Source: Eledone cirrhosa (lineage: Eukaryota). Taken from it: 64,000 nt of DNA. The translations under genes and the position numbers were made by a program. Shown piece by piece: positions 1 to 13,531 of the stretch. The notes beneath the pieces are model-generated. The model saw only the letters and a program-made list of their open reading frames with translations, did no database searches and was not told the DNA's origin. Numbering within the stretch: the stretch's first letter is position 1; the number at the start of each line of letters is the position of its first letter. The DNA lies in the NCBI GenBank assembly GCA_964016885.1, contig OZ024741.1:306218001-306282000 (forward strand), in the 5' to 3' direction.

Positions 1-185
1 CTCTCTCTCTCTCTCATATATATATATGTGTGTGTGTGTGTGATATAAATTAGCGAGAATCGCATTTCGGCTATATATATATACGTATACATACATGCAT
101 ACATACACACATTCATACATGCATATATACATATATATGTGTGTGTGTGAGTGTGTCTGTGTGTGTGCTTGTATGAGTGTGAGTG

Positions 186-237
<52 letters not shown>

Positions 238-563
238 TTAAATAGATAGATAGAGAGGCAGAGAGAGAGAGAGCATTGTGTTTTCTTTTTCTAGCTTTCT
301 CTCCTAATCTTTCTTTTTTTTTCCCACTTCATTCCTCTTAGTTTTTTATTTCTCTCTTTCAGTCACTCTCTTCCTCTCTCTTTCTCTCACTTTTTAACTC
401 TCTTTACAGATTTTGCTTTTACGAAATCTAATTTCTGGAGAGAACAATTACACATGCATGTATAATCACAGCTAGCTTATATACATATACAAGCTAGTTG
501 TGACAACTGGCCAATCCTGACCAAGCAGACCTATAAGCAATAACATTCTAAACATGGCTATTC

Positions 564-755
564 CAGACCTGTCAACTCTCTCCGTCCGACGAGGAGATCT
601 CTCACCCACTTTGGACTGGGTGAGAGAAGTGCTCTCTTGTGAAAATGGGTATAGGTTTCATTATGTAAAATCTCCCCATTTTGCTTAATTTCTCCCCGTT
701 TTGGGGCACTTTTTATGGTACTCCCTGTTTGGGATTTTAGAGGTTGGCAAGCCTG
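564..755. mobile_element. MITE family A copy 1 (TIR ~CAGACCTGTCAAC / GTTGGCAAGCCTG)
   Basis: Imperfect terminal inverted repeats; homologous copies at 24871-25032 (opposite orientation) and 59493-59668; possible TSD gctattcc/gctgttcc. Confidence 0.75.
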
Positions 756-1146
756 CTGTTCCATCTGTCGGTGTCTCCTGCGATGGAGACTTCTCTAACT
801 GTAAAGTTGTGTCAAAGAAAATTCGAACTCCTCTTCACTTTGCAAAAGCAAATGTGTGTGTATGTCGGATCTCCATCGGTTCTGTTGACAAATGTTCTAG
901 TTGTTTGATCAGCGAAACAACGTGCAAGTGGCTGAATATTCCGCAGATGCTTGTATCTTTAACGCAGTCTTCAAGGAGATTCAGCATAACTCAGTAAATC
1001 ACAAAGCTGGCCTTTTTGGGGAATTATAAGTACAACTCAATTTTCTAGTCTGAACAGACTGAAGCAGCCGGGAATAGAACCCATGACTATACAATCTGGA
1101 CCGAACACTGTAACTATTAAGCCACAAACATTCACACCATATATAT

Positions 1147-1325
1147 ATGGACCTTTAACTCCTGATGCAGTCATATGTGTACCGTTGTGACACCTATTGG
1201 ACATTTTACACCTAGTGGAGCCCATCTCTTCTCCATGTTTGAACATAGCCGATTTCTTCTAGAGAATTGGTACTTTTTTATCGACCCCCAAAAAGTGAAG
1301 AGCAAATTTGAGCTCGGCGACATTT
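1147..1325. mobile_element. Dispersed SINE-like repeat (family B) fragment
   Basis: taactcctgat..agtc..gccgt..gacattt motif shared with ~8175-8480 and ~21125-21215 (reverse). Confidence 0.5.
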
Positions 1326-1726
1326 ATCACAAAGCTTCCTATCCGATTTTCTTTACGCAATAGAACATTGTAAAATTGATGTTAGTGGTAGAGACATCAC
1401 AAAACATACCATCTATTTCATGAGAAACTACGAGTGTTGGTAATGAAGTTATTAAATTTTGACTGTAAACTCTTTGCTATTCACTCCGGCTCACTCCGCT
1501 ATGAGTTCAAATTTCGTTGAGGTCAACTTTGCTTTTATCATAAATAAAGTACATGTATAGTACAGGAGTCGATTTCTCTGGTAATCGGATAAGTTCCGAC
1601 CTAGAAAAAGATGGATAGTACCATGTTTAAAATATATATATGTGTGTGTGTGTGTGAGCGTGCGTGCATGTGTGTGTATACGTACAAAAAACACACATAC
1701 ATTTATATATATATATATACATATGT

Positions 1727-1815
1727 ACAGTGGCGGACTGGCTCGCCAGGTTGCCAGGTTGCCCAATGGCAAGAAGGCCCCCAGGGGGCCAACGGTAGCA
1801 TTGCGGGCCCGCTGT
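1727..1815. mobile_element. Short hAT-like MITE fragment (CAGTGGCGG end)
   Basis: Starts cagtggcggactggc and ends gcgggcccgctg; similar termini at ~42623, ~49965 and 57605. Confidence 0.4.
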
Positions 1816-2520
1816 AGTATTTTAGGGGCCAATGCTTTGCTTTAAAAAAATACCTGAAGTCAAGGAGAAAGAATAATATTCTTTTTATAAATAAATAAAA
1901 CAATTAAGCAAAGCATTTGGTCAGCCAATTCCTCAGGGAATTAATAGAAACCATAATATATGATAGTGCAAATAGCTGGAATCAGTGGTTGTACATTCTA
2001 CTAAAGCTTAGTGTATTCATTCATGCAAACATACATATATAGACACACAACCATATATATATAAATGTAATCCGAGTTTTTCGAATAGTAATAATTGTTT
2101 CTACTTTAGGCACAAGGCCAGCAATTACCTAGTGCATTACTGGTACTTTATAATAATAACATTCGATTCGTTTGCAATTATGCAAACAAGCCTCATTTTT
2201 AAAGTTATTTTAGTAGAATGAACCCTTCATTCTTGCTCTTGTGTTGGCATGTAAACAGAACTGCAGACACTAATGTTTCTGGGTATCACCCTTCATCAGT
2301 ACAGCTCACTGTTCACCTGCCAACTATCAGAGCCAGTGAAAATATATGCCGATCAGTCACTGTATATTTTAGAAAATAACATATATTTTCACTAGCTCTC
2401 TCTCTCTATATATATATACAGATATATAGAGCTAGTATATATATACAGATACATATACAAATGTATATATACACACATAAATATATATATATATATTTAT
2501 TATTATCACTATATATATAT

Positions 2521-2745
2521 AAATTAGAAATTATAAGCTTTCACCGTATTTTAGACTAAAGAAATTTCTAGCCTGATAGTGGGCAACACTCATCTTTTTC
2601 CATTTCTCCGAGGGTTATAAACCCCACTATCAGGCTAGAAATTTCTTTAGTCTAAAATACGGTGAAAGCTTATAATTTCTAATTTCTAATTTCAAACTCG
2701 CGCACCGTTTCAAAAACATACTTACATGTTTACATTTATAATTTG

Positions 2746-2748
<3 letters not shown>
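2521..2748 (+). mobile_element. Non-coding fold-back element between (TA)n tracts, probably PLE-terminus derived
   Basis: ~63-bp perfect inverted arms 2521-2583/2623-2685; GAAAGCTT half-HHR at 2664; related copy at ~62398-62695. Confidence 0.65.
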
Positions 2749-2802
<54 letters not shown>

Positions 2803-2886
2803 ATAATAATAAATGTGAAGACTAAAATCCAAAGAAATCGATAAAGATAAATATATATCAAATATATAAGTACCCTAGAGCAAATA

Positions 2887-2934
2887 TTTCAGAAGATCCC
2901 ATTAAGGGTGAAAGCAGCGATTGTTTGCTTAAAC
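2887..2934 (+). ncRNA. Degenerate type I hammerhead ribozyme
   Basis: ttt-CAGAAGA-t-ccc-attaa-ggg-t-GAAA-gca...tgc-TT-aaac; core has U4>A and stem I is short. Confidence 0.45.
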
Positions 2935-3160
2935 TTTAATCTGTTATTTTAATAAATAAATAAATAAATATATATATACAATGTCAATCACATCCCTAGG
3001 GATTTTTGTACAAGTTGAAAACATGTTATATATACACGCACTCCCATATATATATATATATATATTGAGTGAATGTGAAAGACCAAATGTCATTATTGAA
3101 ATTCTCTGGATTTCGCAAAATACATATTTTTTATTGGAGAAGGTAAGACATTTTCTGTTT

Positions 3161-4416
3161 ATGAAACACCCAAACAAATTATAAGTTGACCTTAAGTAGG
3201 AGCAATAAAATTAAGAAAGACAAGAACAACACAATTTTGTTTTGAAAATGTTGAAAGTAGGTTTATAAGTATGAAGTTTCATTATATTTTCGTAGCTGTC
3301 TCTGTGGCCTATCGGTAGGTACTAGAGACGGTGGAGGTCCTGGTCAAGAGGTACATGTAATATTTTTCAGTTTTTATTTTTCATCCAATAGAAAAAAACT
3401 GAAATGGTTTACCGGGAATCCTACTCCCGACCAGGATCGAACTTCAGACCGGAATAACCACCGTCAATGATTCCTCCCACTAGGCCACCGAAACAGATAC
3501 AAAAGTATACCGAAAATTAATAATTATAAACCTACTTTCAAAATCAAAGTTAAAAAAGATGTGGTGTCGTTCATGGCTTTCCTAGTGCTATTAGTCATAG
3601 TTAGAGTCGACTTGTCAATCTTCTGGTTCTTTGGTAAGAAACTTATTATTCCTATGTGTGTTTAACTGTTGAATTAATTTAATTTGATTATTTTAACAAA
3701 CAAATATTTGTTTCTACTTTTGGCACAAAGCCAGCAATACCCAGTGCATTACTGGTACTTTATTTGATCGACCCCATAAGGATGAAATGAAAGGCAAAGT
3801 TAACCTCGGCGAGATTTGAACATGGATTGCAGGTTAAAATATAATCTAGATAAATGAGAAACAAAACGAGGATGTAGTTTATGGAACCCCCAAATGATTT
3901 AGAAGTCGGCCTTAAGTAGGAGCAATAACATAAGAAAGACATGAACGATGCCACATCATTTTGTTTTGAGAATTTTGAAAGTAGGCTTATAAGTATGAAT
4001 TTTCATAGTTGTCTCTGTGGCCTAGCGGTAGGTACTAGAGACGGTGGCGATCCTGGCCTTGGGTTCAATCCTGGTCAAGGATGTAATATCTTTCAGTTTT
4101 TATTTTACATCAAATAGAAAAGAAATGAAAAGGTTCAGTGTGAACCCTAATCCCGACCAGGATCGAACTTCAAACCAGGATCACCACCGTCTATGATTCC
4201 TCCAACAGCTACAAAAGTAGAATCAAAATTAATAATTATAAACCTACTTTCAAAATCAAAGTTAAAAAGATGTGGTGTCGTTCATGCCTTTCCTAGTGCT
4301 ATTAGTCATATATAGGGTCGACTTGTCAATCTTCTGTATCTTTGGTAACAAACTTATTATTCCTATGTGTGCTTAACTGTTGAATTAATTTAATTTGATT
4401 ATTTTAACAAACAAAT
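3161..4416. repeat. Tandem pair of ~540-bp diverged palindromic elements carrying convergent tRNA-like Pol III units
   Basis: Units 3161-3705 and 3881-4416 align; each has inverted arms (ttttgaaagtagg.ttataa / ttataaacctactttcaaaa) and A/B-box motifs; a SINE fragment lies between them. Confidence 0.7.
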
Positions 4417-4617
4417 AATATATAAATAAATATGTATGTATATACAAACACACACACATATATATAAATATATATATATATATTATATATGTATATATAT
4501 ATACAATGTCAATTAATTAGATCTCCAGGGTATTTTGTACAAGTTGAAAACATGTTATGTATACATACATATAAATCTATATATACACATGTACATATCA
4601 TGCATATACATGCACTT

Positions 4618-4655
<38 letters not shown>

Positions 4656-4945
4656 AGTCAGTATGAAAGACCAAAGGTCATTATTCTCGCAAAATACATA
4701 TTTTTATTGGAGAAGGTAAGATATTTTTCCGCAAAAATTTGATTGCACTGTTTTGTTTCCACTTATGTATTTTCTGAAAATGTTATTTATTTTTTATAAA
4801 CATTTAATGATAGCATTCTATATGTGGGTGGGCCTCCTTCATCTCCTGGCAACGAATATTTTTAGACCCAGTCCGCCACTTCATATGTATGTGTATATAA
4901 GTGAGTTAGGTATGTGTTTATGTGTATTTGTTTGTATATATATAT

Positions 4946-4976
<31 letters not shown>

Positions 4977-6051
4977 CACACAACACAATCTGTGTGTTCC
5001 GACGTAAATAACCACAATAACAGTCGATCACTATAAATAAAAGTTGAGAAAATCAAATAAAATAATCTGGAAACGGGAAAAAAAGATAGACAGAGGCGCC
5101 TGCGGTGAATCGAACTTTGCATCTCTCGGATGCCGACCGAATGTGTTAACCACTACATTAGAAAGTCACTGGCCACCAATTTCGTATTTATTTTAGAAAT
5201 TTTTAAGCCTGTAGTTAGAAGTGTAAACAATGCTTTCTAAGTTAACCATTTTGTTTATACTTTTAACTACAGACATAAAAGCTTCTAAAAATGATGGCGT
5301 AGTGTTTCACCACTTACCCGGCATACAGGAAAATGTGAGTTTTGTTACTCTGGTGTTTCGCCTATTTATCACTGGGTCATTAGACAAGAACCAACGTTTC
5401 AATAACATAGTATAAATAAGAAAGACTTGCGGTGGGGATTTAATAGAGGAGTAATTAAGACAGGGTGGTGGTAGCAGTGGGGGAGGATAGGGCTGTGTGA
5501 AAGAAGATGATAAAAGATGGTAGTGGGCATAGCTATAAGTTTAAATACGGAAGACTTCGTTCGGAAGCTGGTGGGAAGTCACCTCGGTATACACAAATAC
5601 ACTGCATATGCAAATAGAGGTAAACACACAAAAACTTGTGGGAGTAGTGATAAATAAAGACATGCTTATATACACACACACACACACAAACACACACACA
5701 GATACACATTAATACACATACATACACACACATGAACATACCGGCCACACACCACAGAAAGATAAAGAGAAGAGGGAAAAGGTGGAGCAATTGGAGCAAA
5801 GACGAATTAAAGAGGAGAGACAGAAGGTCATATCATTGAAGGTCACAGAACGTGGGGTAAATGAGTTTTGCCAATTAGGTTGCTAAACTAATAATGATTT
5901 CTACTATAGGCACAAGGCCAGCAATTTGGGAAGAGGGGAAATTCGATTAAATTGACCCCAGTGAATTACGGGTACTTTATTTTATCGACCCCATAAGGAT
6001 GAAAGCATGATATAGCAAGCGGCATCGGACACTGAAATAGTTCCTTTACTT

Positions 6052-6089
6052 TCCTCGGAAGAAGAGATATTAATCTCGAAATATCAGGA
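6052..6089 (+). ncRNA. Minimal type I hammerhead ribozyme (CGGAAGA core variant)
   Basis: tcct-CGGAAGA-a-gagat-atta-atctc-GAAA-ta-TC-agga; stems I and II pair perfectly; (TA)n begins ~90 nt downstream. Confidence 0.65.
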
Positions 6090-6176
6090 CATATGAATAG
6101 ATTAAGGTAACCCCGCCCCCATTTCTTACGATTTAGTTATTTCCCGTCCAATCCGCATTGTCGTAACTTCGAATTT

Positions 6177-6227
<51 letters not shown>

Positions 6228-6789
6228 GCGTGTGCGTGTGTGTATGTGTGTGTATGTATGCGTATTTTGTTAGCACAAAATCTGTGCTACATGTACATAA
6301 AAGAGTCACAGTTTTAGAATCTCATTAAGTGGACATATGGTCGTCGTTTCATCTATATGTGTTGATGTGTATGTATATGTGTGTTGATGTGTATGTATGT
6401 GTGAATATGTATGATTGAAGCAAGTGTATTAAGTTGGAAACTACATCTAAAAAGCACCCTAGGGCTGCTATCAACCACACTAGAGCAACTGTACTCTTGT
6501 GTTTGTATAAATATCGTAATTGTTTCTACATTAGGCACAAGGCCAGCAATTTGAAGTGAAGATGAGTAATGATTAAATCTACCCCAGTGCATTACTGGAG
6601 TTTTATTTTAACGACTCCCGTAAGGATGAAAGACAACTCTAACCTCGGCGAGATTTGAACTCAGAACGTATAAAGAGCCATAACTATGTACCGCAAAGCG
6701 AAAATAATACGGACTTTTTTTATATGGTTGTTTGTGTGTTTGTGCGTGTGTATTACTATGTCTGACACTCCACCGTTTTTATATGTATG

Positions 6790-7440
6790 TAAAAAATAAA
6801 GAGAAATCACACAAACGGTACAGTAAATGGAAGGAATATATTAGTTTAGCGCTTGAAATAGCAGGAAGAGGGTCTTAATGCTTCAGACACTAGTCCTTCA
6901 CCAGAAGAAAGAATGATAAATTAGAAAGATTGAAGGGACGGACAGGGCGGAACAGGCACCAACGGTTCATTTCGTATCCGCCATTCCTTCACCTTCACCT
7001 CCACTCACTTAGTCTATGCCCTCCGGTGTTCCATGTGCGGGTCCTTATAAATCGGACCGTTTTGCTAAACATTTGCAGGACATACAACTCGGTATGGATA
7101 CTCCCGTCGTCCGTCACTCTTTCCTACATGTCTCAGTCCTTGGTGTCCCTTTACATCACTGGTCACAGGACTCGCGCACCAGGACTGAACAGAGTCTGAT
7201 TTTTCCGCCTTGGGTCCTGTTTCCCCAATGGACTCAACTCCCCTCCCCAATTTCTTTAATACTACACATATACGTTCGTGCTTACTTCTCTACCCTTTGT
7301 CACCGTTACGTTTACCCTGTCCGTTGTCACACACGCGCTTGTACATTCACCCCTAGATTCCTAAGGCTCTCTTATGGTCAGAAACATATACTGTTACAGC
7401 TAATACAGACCAACTAAATACGCACACACACCTTTACTTT
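6790..7440 (+). mobile_element. Penelope-like element remnant (GIY-YIG C-terminus) with inverted terminal segment
   Basis: ORF 7016-7417 contains DRFAKHLQDIQLGMDTPVVRH...SRTRTEQSLIF, typical of PLE GIY-YIG ends; degenerate HHR on minus strand at 6873-6908. Confidence 0.65.
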
Positions 7441-7799
7441 TCCCTAACACGAGAACAGTACAGTACAGAAGTTTAAAAAGTTGAAACTAAATAGTGTAGA
7501 AACAACATGTCACTGTCGTATTTGCTCGGGAAATCACCAAATTAGTTTAATAACAAGCTAAAGTGAATGAAATCTACTTAAAAAGATTCAGTTAGAGCAA
7601 ACGAAATGTGTAAGTCTAATTAAGATTATTTCTCTGCCTCTGTATGTGGAATAAGCTGATGACTTTGAAATCTCAAATAAATAAAGTTTACTCGAAAAAG
7701 AAAAAAAAAATTTAGATTCAGAAGAATGGAATGTAAAATAATGAAAATATAAAGAAAAAAGAGAAAAAGAAAAAAAACGGAACGGGGAAGGAAAGGCAA

Positions 7800-8030
7800 G
7801 GGCTCGAGTGTCACAGAAGAATGGGAGGAGGAAGGGGAAAAGAAGGGGAGGATGATTGGGCTCTGGGTCTAGGGTGCGGTGGTAGAAGGGTTGCGCCCTG
7901 CCGACAAGACCGCAAAAGTATTTCCGCGAACAATGGCCAGCAACACCTACTGCAACAGGTATCCCACCTCGCGGGGTTCCCACCGCCGACGTTTCGATCT
8001 TGCGGAGGAGATAGACTGTACGGGGTCCAT
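7800..8030. repeat. Unclassified GC-richer dispersed repeat (3 diverged copies)
   Basis: gccctgc.gacaa....aaaag.attt..cg.acaatg.ccagc shared with ~40640-40860 and ~51100-51320. Confidence 0.5.
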
Positions 8031-8794
8031 TGATATCAAGTGACGAATCAACGCATATAGACTCTATAAAACTAATGTACTTGTGTGAAGTACTTTTTTT
8101 TATTCTATAATCATTAAAGAATCACAATCGGTTTGCTCGACAATGTCGCCTTCTTTTAGTTATGAATGTATATATGGTCCCGTAACTCCTGATAGAGTCG
8201 TAGGGGCGCCGTATTGACGGCGTTTCTTGGGCATTTTAAGCCAAGCGGAACCCATCCCTCACCTGGCCTGAGTACAACAGATTTTTTCCAGAGAAAGATA
8301 GAAAGTGAGAGAGAGGAAATGAGAAAGAGATATAGAGGAAGAATCGACCCCAGTACTAGACTGGTACTTTTTTATCGACCGCGAAAGGATGAAAGGCAAA
8401 GTTGACCGCGGCGAGATTTGAACTCAGAGAGCAGAGAGCCGGAAGGAATACCACAAAGCATTCTATCTGACGTTCGCCGACTTCTTTTAGTTATACGCTC
8501 TCACACACAAAAAAAAAAAAAATAATAATAATATAAAAAGGATTTGGAACTTCCATGAAGTCATAGGCGCACTAGGTACTATCTCAAAGAGTTTCCAAGG
8601 ATGGTTAAAGAAAATTAGTCCAGCCCCGCTTTTTTGAACACTTCAAAAGGCATGCTTGCTGGAAACAGCAAGAACCCTCCGATACGTCCTGAATATCTGA
8701 GGCTGCAGGTAGTGGCTTGATATTCATTTCAACAAACTTTCTAGTTAAATAATGTCAATGACTGAGACTCAAAGAACAAGAACAATAATAATAA

Positions 8795-8982
8795 TAATTG
8801 TTTTTACTTTAGGCACAAGACCAGCAATTACCCAGTACATTACTGGTACTTTATTTTATCGACCCCGTAGGATGAAAGGCAAAATTAACCTCGGCGGGAT
8901 TTGAACTCAGACTGTAAAGGTACGTAACTATGCTAGAAAGCATGGCGTCCAACCCTCTACCGATACTGCCAATTAACCGCCC
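8795..8982 (-). mobile_element. tRNA-derived SINE (family C), full-length representative
   Basis: A box (tggcagtatcgg), B box (gagttcaaatcc) and conserved core gcctttcatcctacggggtcgataaaataaagtaccag; about 20 copies or fragments in the window (e.g. 2091, 3707, 5893, 6518, 20690, 22135, 25690, 25898, 34470, 36080, 53779, 62000). Confidence 0.85.
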
Positions 8983-8984
8983 TT

Positions 8985-8985
<1 letters not shown>

Positions 8986-9025
<40 letters not shown>

Positions 9026-11735
9026 TTTCTTTATTGGCCACAAGGGCTGACATCAAGAAAAACATTACAGACGGCACAGGTCGGTACAGGACGGTACGAT
9101 GTGGGTTTTGTTCGTGTAAAGATTTTTATTATTTATATAAGAAAAGAAAAAGAAAAAGACATAGAAACATATATATATATATATAAACAATAAAAATGAA
9201 AATTGAAACAATGAAAAATTCCCCAATCGGGGGGAAACCTCCGAGGGTTACTCGTGGCGAAAACCACACAAAAGACCACGGCCACCCTGACCACCAGGGC
9301 AAGCGCCATCTCTCAATTTTTCCATTTCTCAAACTACAGGCGTATATTCAGAGCGGTCCCGTTCACTCGGACCATTCTCGCTACATTCACCCACCTTTCA
9401 ACAAACTTGCCTCTCCACCCTGATTTTCCTCTGCAAGTGAAACTTGAAAAAGTTAATTAGGGATTCGCCGAAGAGGAAAGTGTCTGTCTTTAACCCTTTC
9501 AACCTTGTCCACCACACAATCTCTTTCGCCATGGCCACCAGGCAGAGGAAAACAGCCTGCCCTTCCTCCGCGAAGGAAGACGGCGAGACCATCTGCACAA
9601 TGGACTCAGTCGATAATCGGATCAGCCCTACACGCGACCGCAACTGTTCGACATAGCTCCACAAGTCAGCAATGTTCGGGCACTGAACGAGTGCGTGCAC
9701 GACGGTTTCGTCGCTCTGCGCGCATCTCGGACAGGCTCGGCTGACGGCATTTCCGTGCCTGTAGAGCTTATCTCGAACCGGCAACGCTCCCCGGTAGCAC
9801 TGCCAGGCCAGGGATTTCTGGAAGTTATAAATAGGACCCGGGCTGAAAGTTCTCCGGAAGAGGGCAAACAGCTGATCTTCTTCGACGCCCAGGATCTCTC
9901 CGAAAACGTCGTCGCTCTTCCCCTCCACTAGTCTTCTATAGAACGTCGAGGTGGATGTACCACCGATACTGGTGCCCAGCTGGCAGAGGGAGGTGAGCGA
10001 CTGGAGACATTCCAGTTTCCAAGCGCTATCCCTCGATCTTTTCCTGACCCAGGACTGCAGCTCCGTCAAGGAGACGAGCTGTGGGGGAAAACGTACCTGG
10101 CGAACGGCGACCACACGTGTTTACCGTCAAGGAAGCACCAGAGATGTCACAGCCTCAGCGCATGTTTGCGCATCATCAGCCACGGCATGCCTAGTCCTCC
10201 ATGCAACGGGTGTTGACAGCAAATGGATCGTCTGACCATGGGAGCACGTCCCTTCCACAAAAAGCGGAGGAGAAGGCGCTCCATTTTGGTCAGAGTTGGG
10301 CGGGGGCAAGGTACGACGGTCAGGCGGTGGCAGATGACGGACGCTATGTACGCATTCGCCACCTCCGCCCGACCTTTCAGAGACAGCCACCTCTCGGCCC
10401 ATTTCTGGGTGAGGGAGGCCACCCTGCTCGTCACCTCGCTCCAGTTTTTCTCCATCTGGAGGTCCGGTCCAAACCAGACCCCGAGCAATTTAACCGGTCC
10501 TGGGTGGTAGCAAAAAGGACGTTCACAGTAGCATATTTCTTGCCACGGGTGATGTGGGTTTTCCGTGCCCACACAGTTCCCAAGGCCTTCTGGATTTGGG
10601 CTTCAGATGCTGTCTCCATACGACGCGATTTCGTGGCAATCGTGCGGTACGACACTGTGCGTCGCTCTTGTTCCTCCAGGAAGTCGGCTGGTGGTTTCAA
10701 GGACACTGGAAATTCAATTCTGATTACCATGTGCCTTGCGACCGCCATCTCCTCCTTTGTGATGATGATTGTTTCTACGTTGCGAGTTTTTTGCAAAAGA
10801 GGTGGTCTCTTTTTCAGTGGCGTCATTATTGCCACGGCTACTGCTGCTACTGTTCTTGTTGCTGTTGGTGCTGTTGTTGTTGCCACTGCTACAAACGGTG
10901 TTGTTGGTGTTGCTGTTGCTGCCGCCGCTACTGCTACCACAGTGTTATTGTTAATACTGCCGCTGCTGCTATCTCCCTTATTGTTAAATGTATCAGCAGT
11001 AGCCGCTTCAAGACTGCCGTTGGGTGAAGAGGAAGGAGTGGCATTCGTCTGACTTTTACTATTTGGTGAAGAAAAGGAAAAGGAAAGCGAGACTCCACGC
11101 TGACTGTTGCTAGTTTCTTTGATGTCAAATGTATCAAATGTATCAGTAGTAGCGGCTTCACGACTGCTGCTTGATGGAGGAGAGAGGGGAGTGGCATTCA
11201 CTTGACTATGGGACGGTGAAGAAGACGAAAATGAAAACGAGACTCCACGCTGATAGCTGGACGAAGAAAAAGAAGGTTGAGAAGGATATCTTTCTGAAAG
11301 GGTAATTTTTGAGTGAAAACACGGCATGGAAATGGATTTTTTTAGTGACGCCATTTTTCTTTTTGGCGGGACGTATTTGCTAGATGCAAAGTTCAAATTG
11401 GGATTTAGCCCCGAAGGGCTCAATACCGATTAATTTCGACCACTTCAAAAGAAGTGGGGTGTGTTTACACACAAAACAAATTGATTTTTACATTAAGTTC
11501 GCAATAAAACTGTTCAAAAATCACAATATTACGGGAACAAAATTTTTTCCTGCGACGTGTATACTTCCACGATGGGACGTATTTGCTAAATGCAAATTTC
11601 AAATTGGAATTTAGCCCCGAGGGGCTAAATACCGATTAATTTCGATCGCTTCAAAAGAAGTGGGGTGTGTTTAAACACAAAACAATATGATTTTTACATT
11701 AAGTTCGCAATAAAAACTGTTAAAAAATCACAAAC
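8986..11735 (-). mobile_element. Tx1/L1-type non-LTR retrotransposon, internally deleted
   Basis: ORF2 C-terminus (GPVKLLGVWFGPDL, WQCYRGALPVRDKL, CPRC..ETVVHALVQC) at ~9350-10505 fused to the ORF1 N-terminus at ~10505-11420; AATAAA plus (ATT)n tail at 8986-9035; 206-bp tandem 5' monomers. Confidence 0.85.
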
Positions 11736-12512
11736 TTAATAATAATAACAATAATTTCAACTTACAGTTTATAAACTGATGAACCTAGATTTTTCGACAC
11801 CTCTTTCTCCGGTTATACTAAGAAAATTTCTAAACTGTCATTTTCCACTACACAGTCCGCACTCTAAATCATATGACAAGTCATAAAACGACCTCTCCAT
11901 GGCATTGACTATTTCCACATTACTACGCGACAAAGATGTTTAGCGGTTTATTTATTGATTGCAGGAAATTATTGTATATTTTACATAATAAGACAAATAT
12001 TTATACAATTGTGATCCTTTAAGGTTCAATAATACGCTCTTCTGAGGTCTGCGCCTTCGGTGGTTGCCTTTTTTTGGTGTTAGGAAAAGCTTCTGGCTTG
12101 CAAAAAATGCAAATATCATTTTAGGAATGATTAATTCGAAGTAGCAACCTGGACGCATCATGTCCAAAGGATTAAAAAATCCACTTCACAATCATTAGGT
12201 CGGGAGTTCGATCCTATTGTGTCACTTATCATAGCCTCGCCTCCACCCTAACCTTGTGAGTTAAATTTGCGGAAACTATTTGGAAGATCGTCGGATGGAC
12301 TGCACGTATAATTCAAAAGGACAGGCCTGTCGCACACCGCGTAATATCGAATTACCCTAGGTATATGTGCCTCTGGAATGCTCAACGATTTACACGGTAA
12401 TTCTTGAGCAGGCTGCTTCATTGATGGAACAACTGGAATACTTGCCATCTAGACCAACGTGAGTTCATCGTTCGCTACAACAATTGCATTGGACTTTGGT
12501 ACAGATGGAGAA

Positions 12513-12698
12513 AATAATTGTTTCTACTTTTGGCACAAGGCCAGCAATTACCCAGTACATTACTGGTACTTTATTGTATCTACCCCGTAAAGATGAAAGG
12601 CAAAGTTAACCTCGGCGGGATTTGAACTCAGACCGTAAAGGGACGTAACTATGCTGGAAAGCATGGCGTCCGACTCTCTACTGACACTGCCAATCCAC
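12513..12698 (-). mobile_element. SINE family C copy
   Basis: High similarity to 8795-8982. Confidence 0.85.
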
Positions 12699-12786
12699 GA
12701 AAATAATGTTAGTTGAAAACATATTCCGCTGTTTTCTAGATTCAGAAAATCACTTACACAGATTATATATATATATATATATATAC

Positions 12787-13302
<516 letters not shown>

Positions 13303-13531
13303 AAGAATTAATATCTAGTAACATATATATACATACAGATGCATATCAATGCTAGCAAATATATAGGTTTTGTCTTAGTAACATTGTGGTTCAATGCATG
13401 GGGTTGCAGAACAATAATATGAGAGACGTAAAATAAGAAAATTATAAAATTAACTTACTGACTAAAATATCACTTCCAACTAATTAGTTTCTGGAATGGA
13501 GTAAATATATTTTCCGAAGAAGACATAGAGT

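Noticed and set aside
8795-8982. SINE heads as tRNA genes
   Set aside because: A and B boxes only, no cloverleaf, followed by the SINE core
10201-11052. 283-aa plus-strand ORF
   Set aside because: Antisense shadow of the LINE ORFs
11760-12500. Possible decayed DNA transposase
   Set aside because: Only faint motif-like fragments, not enough to name
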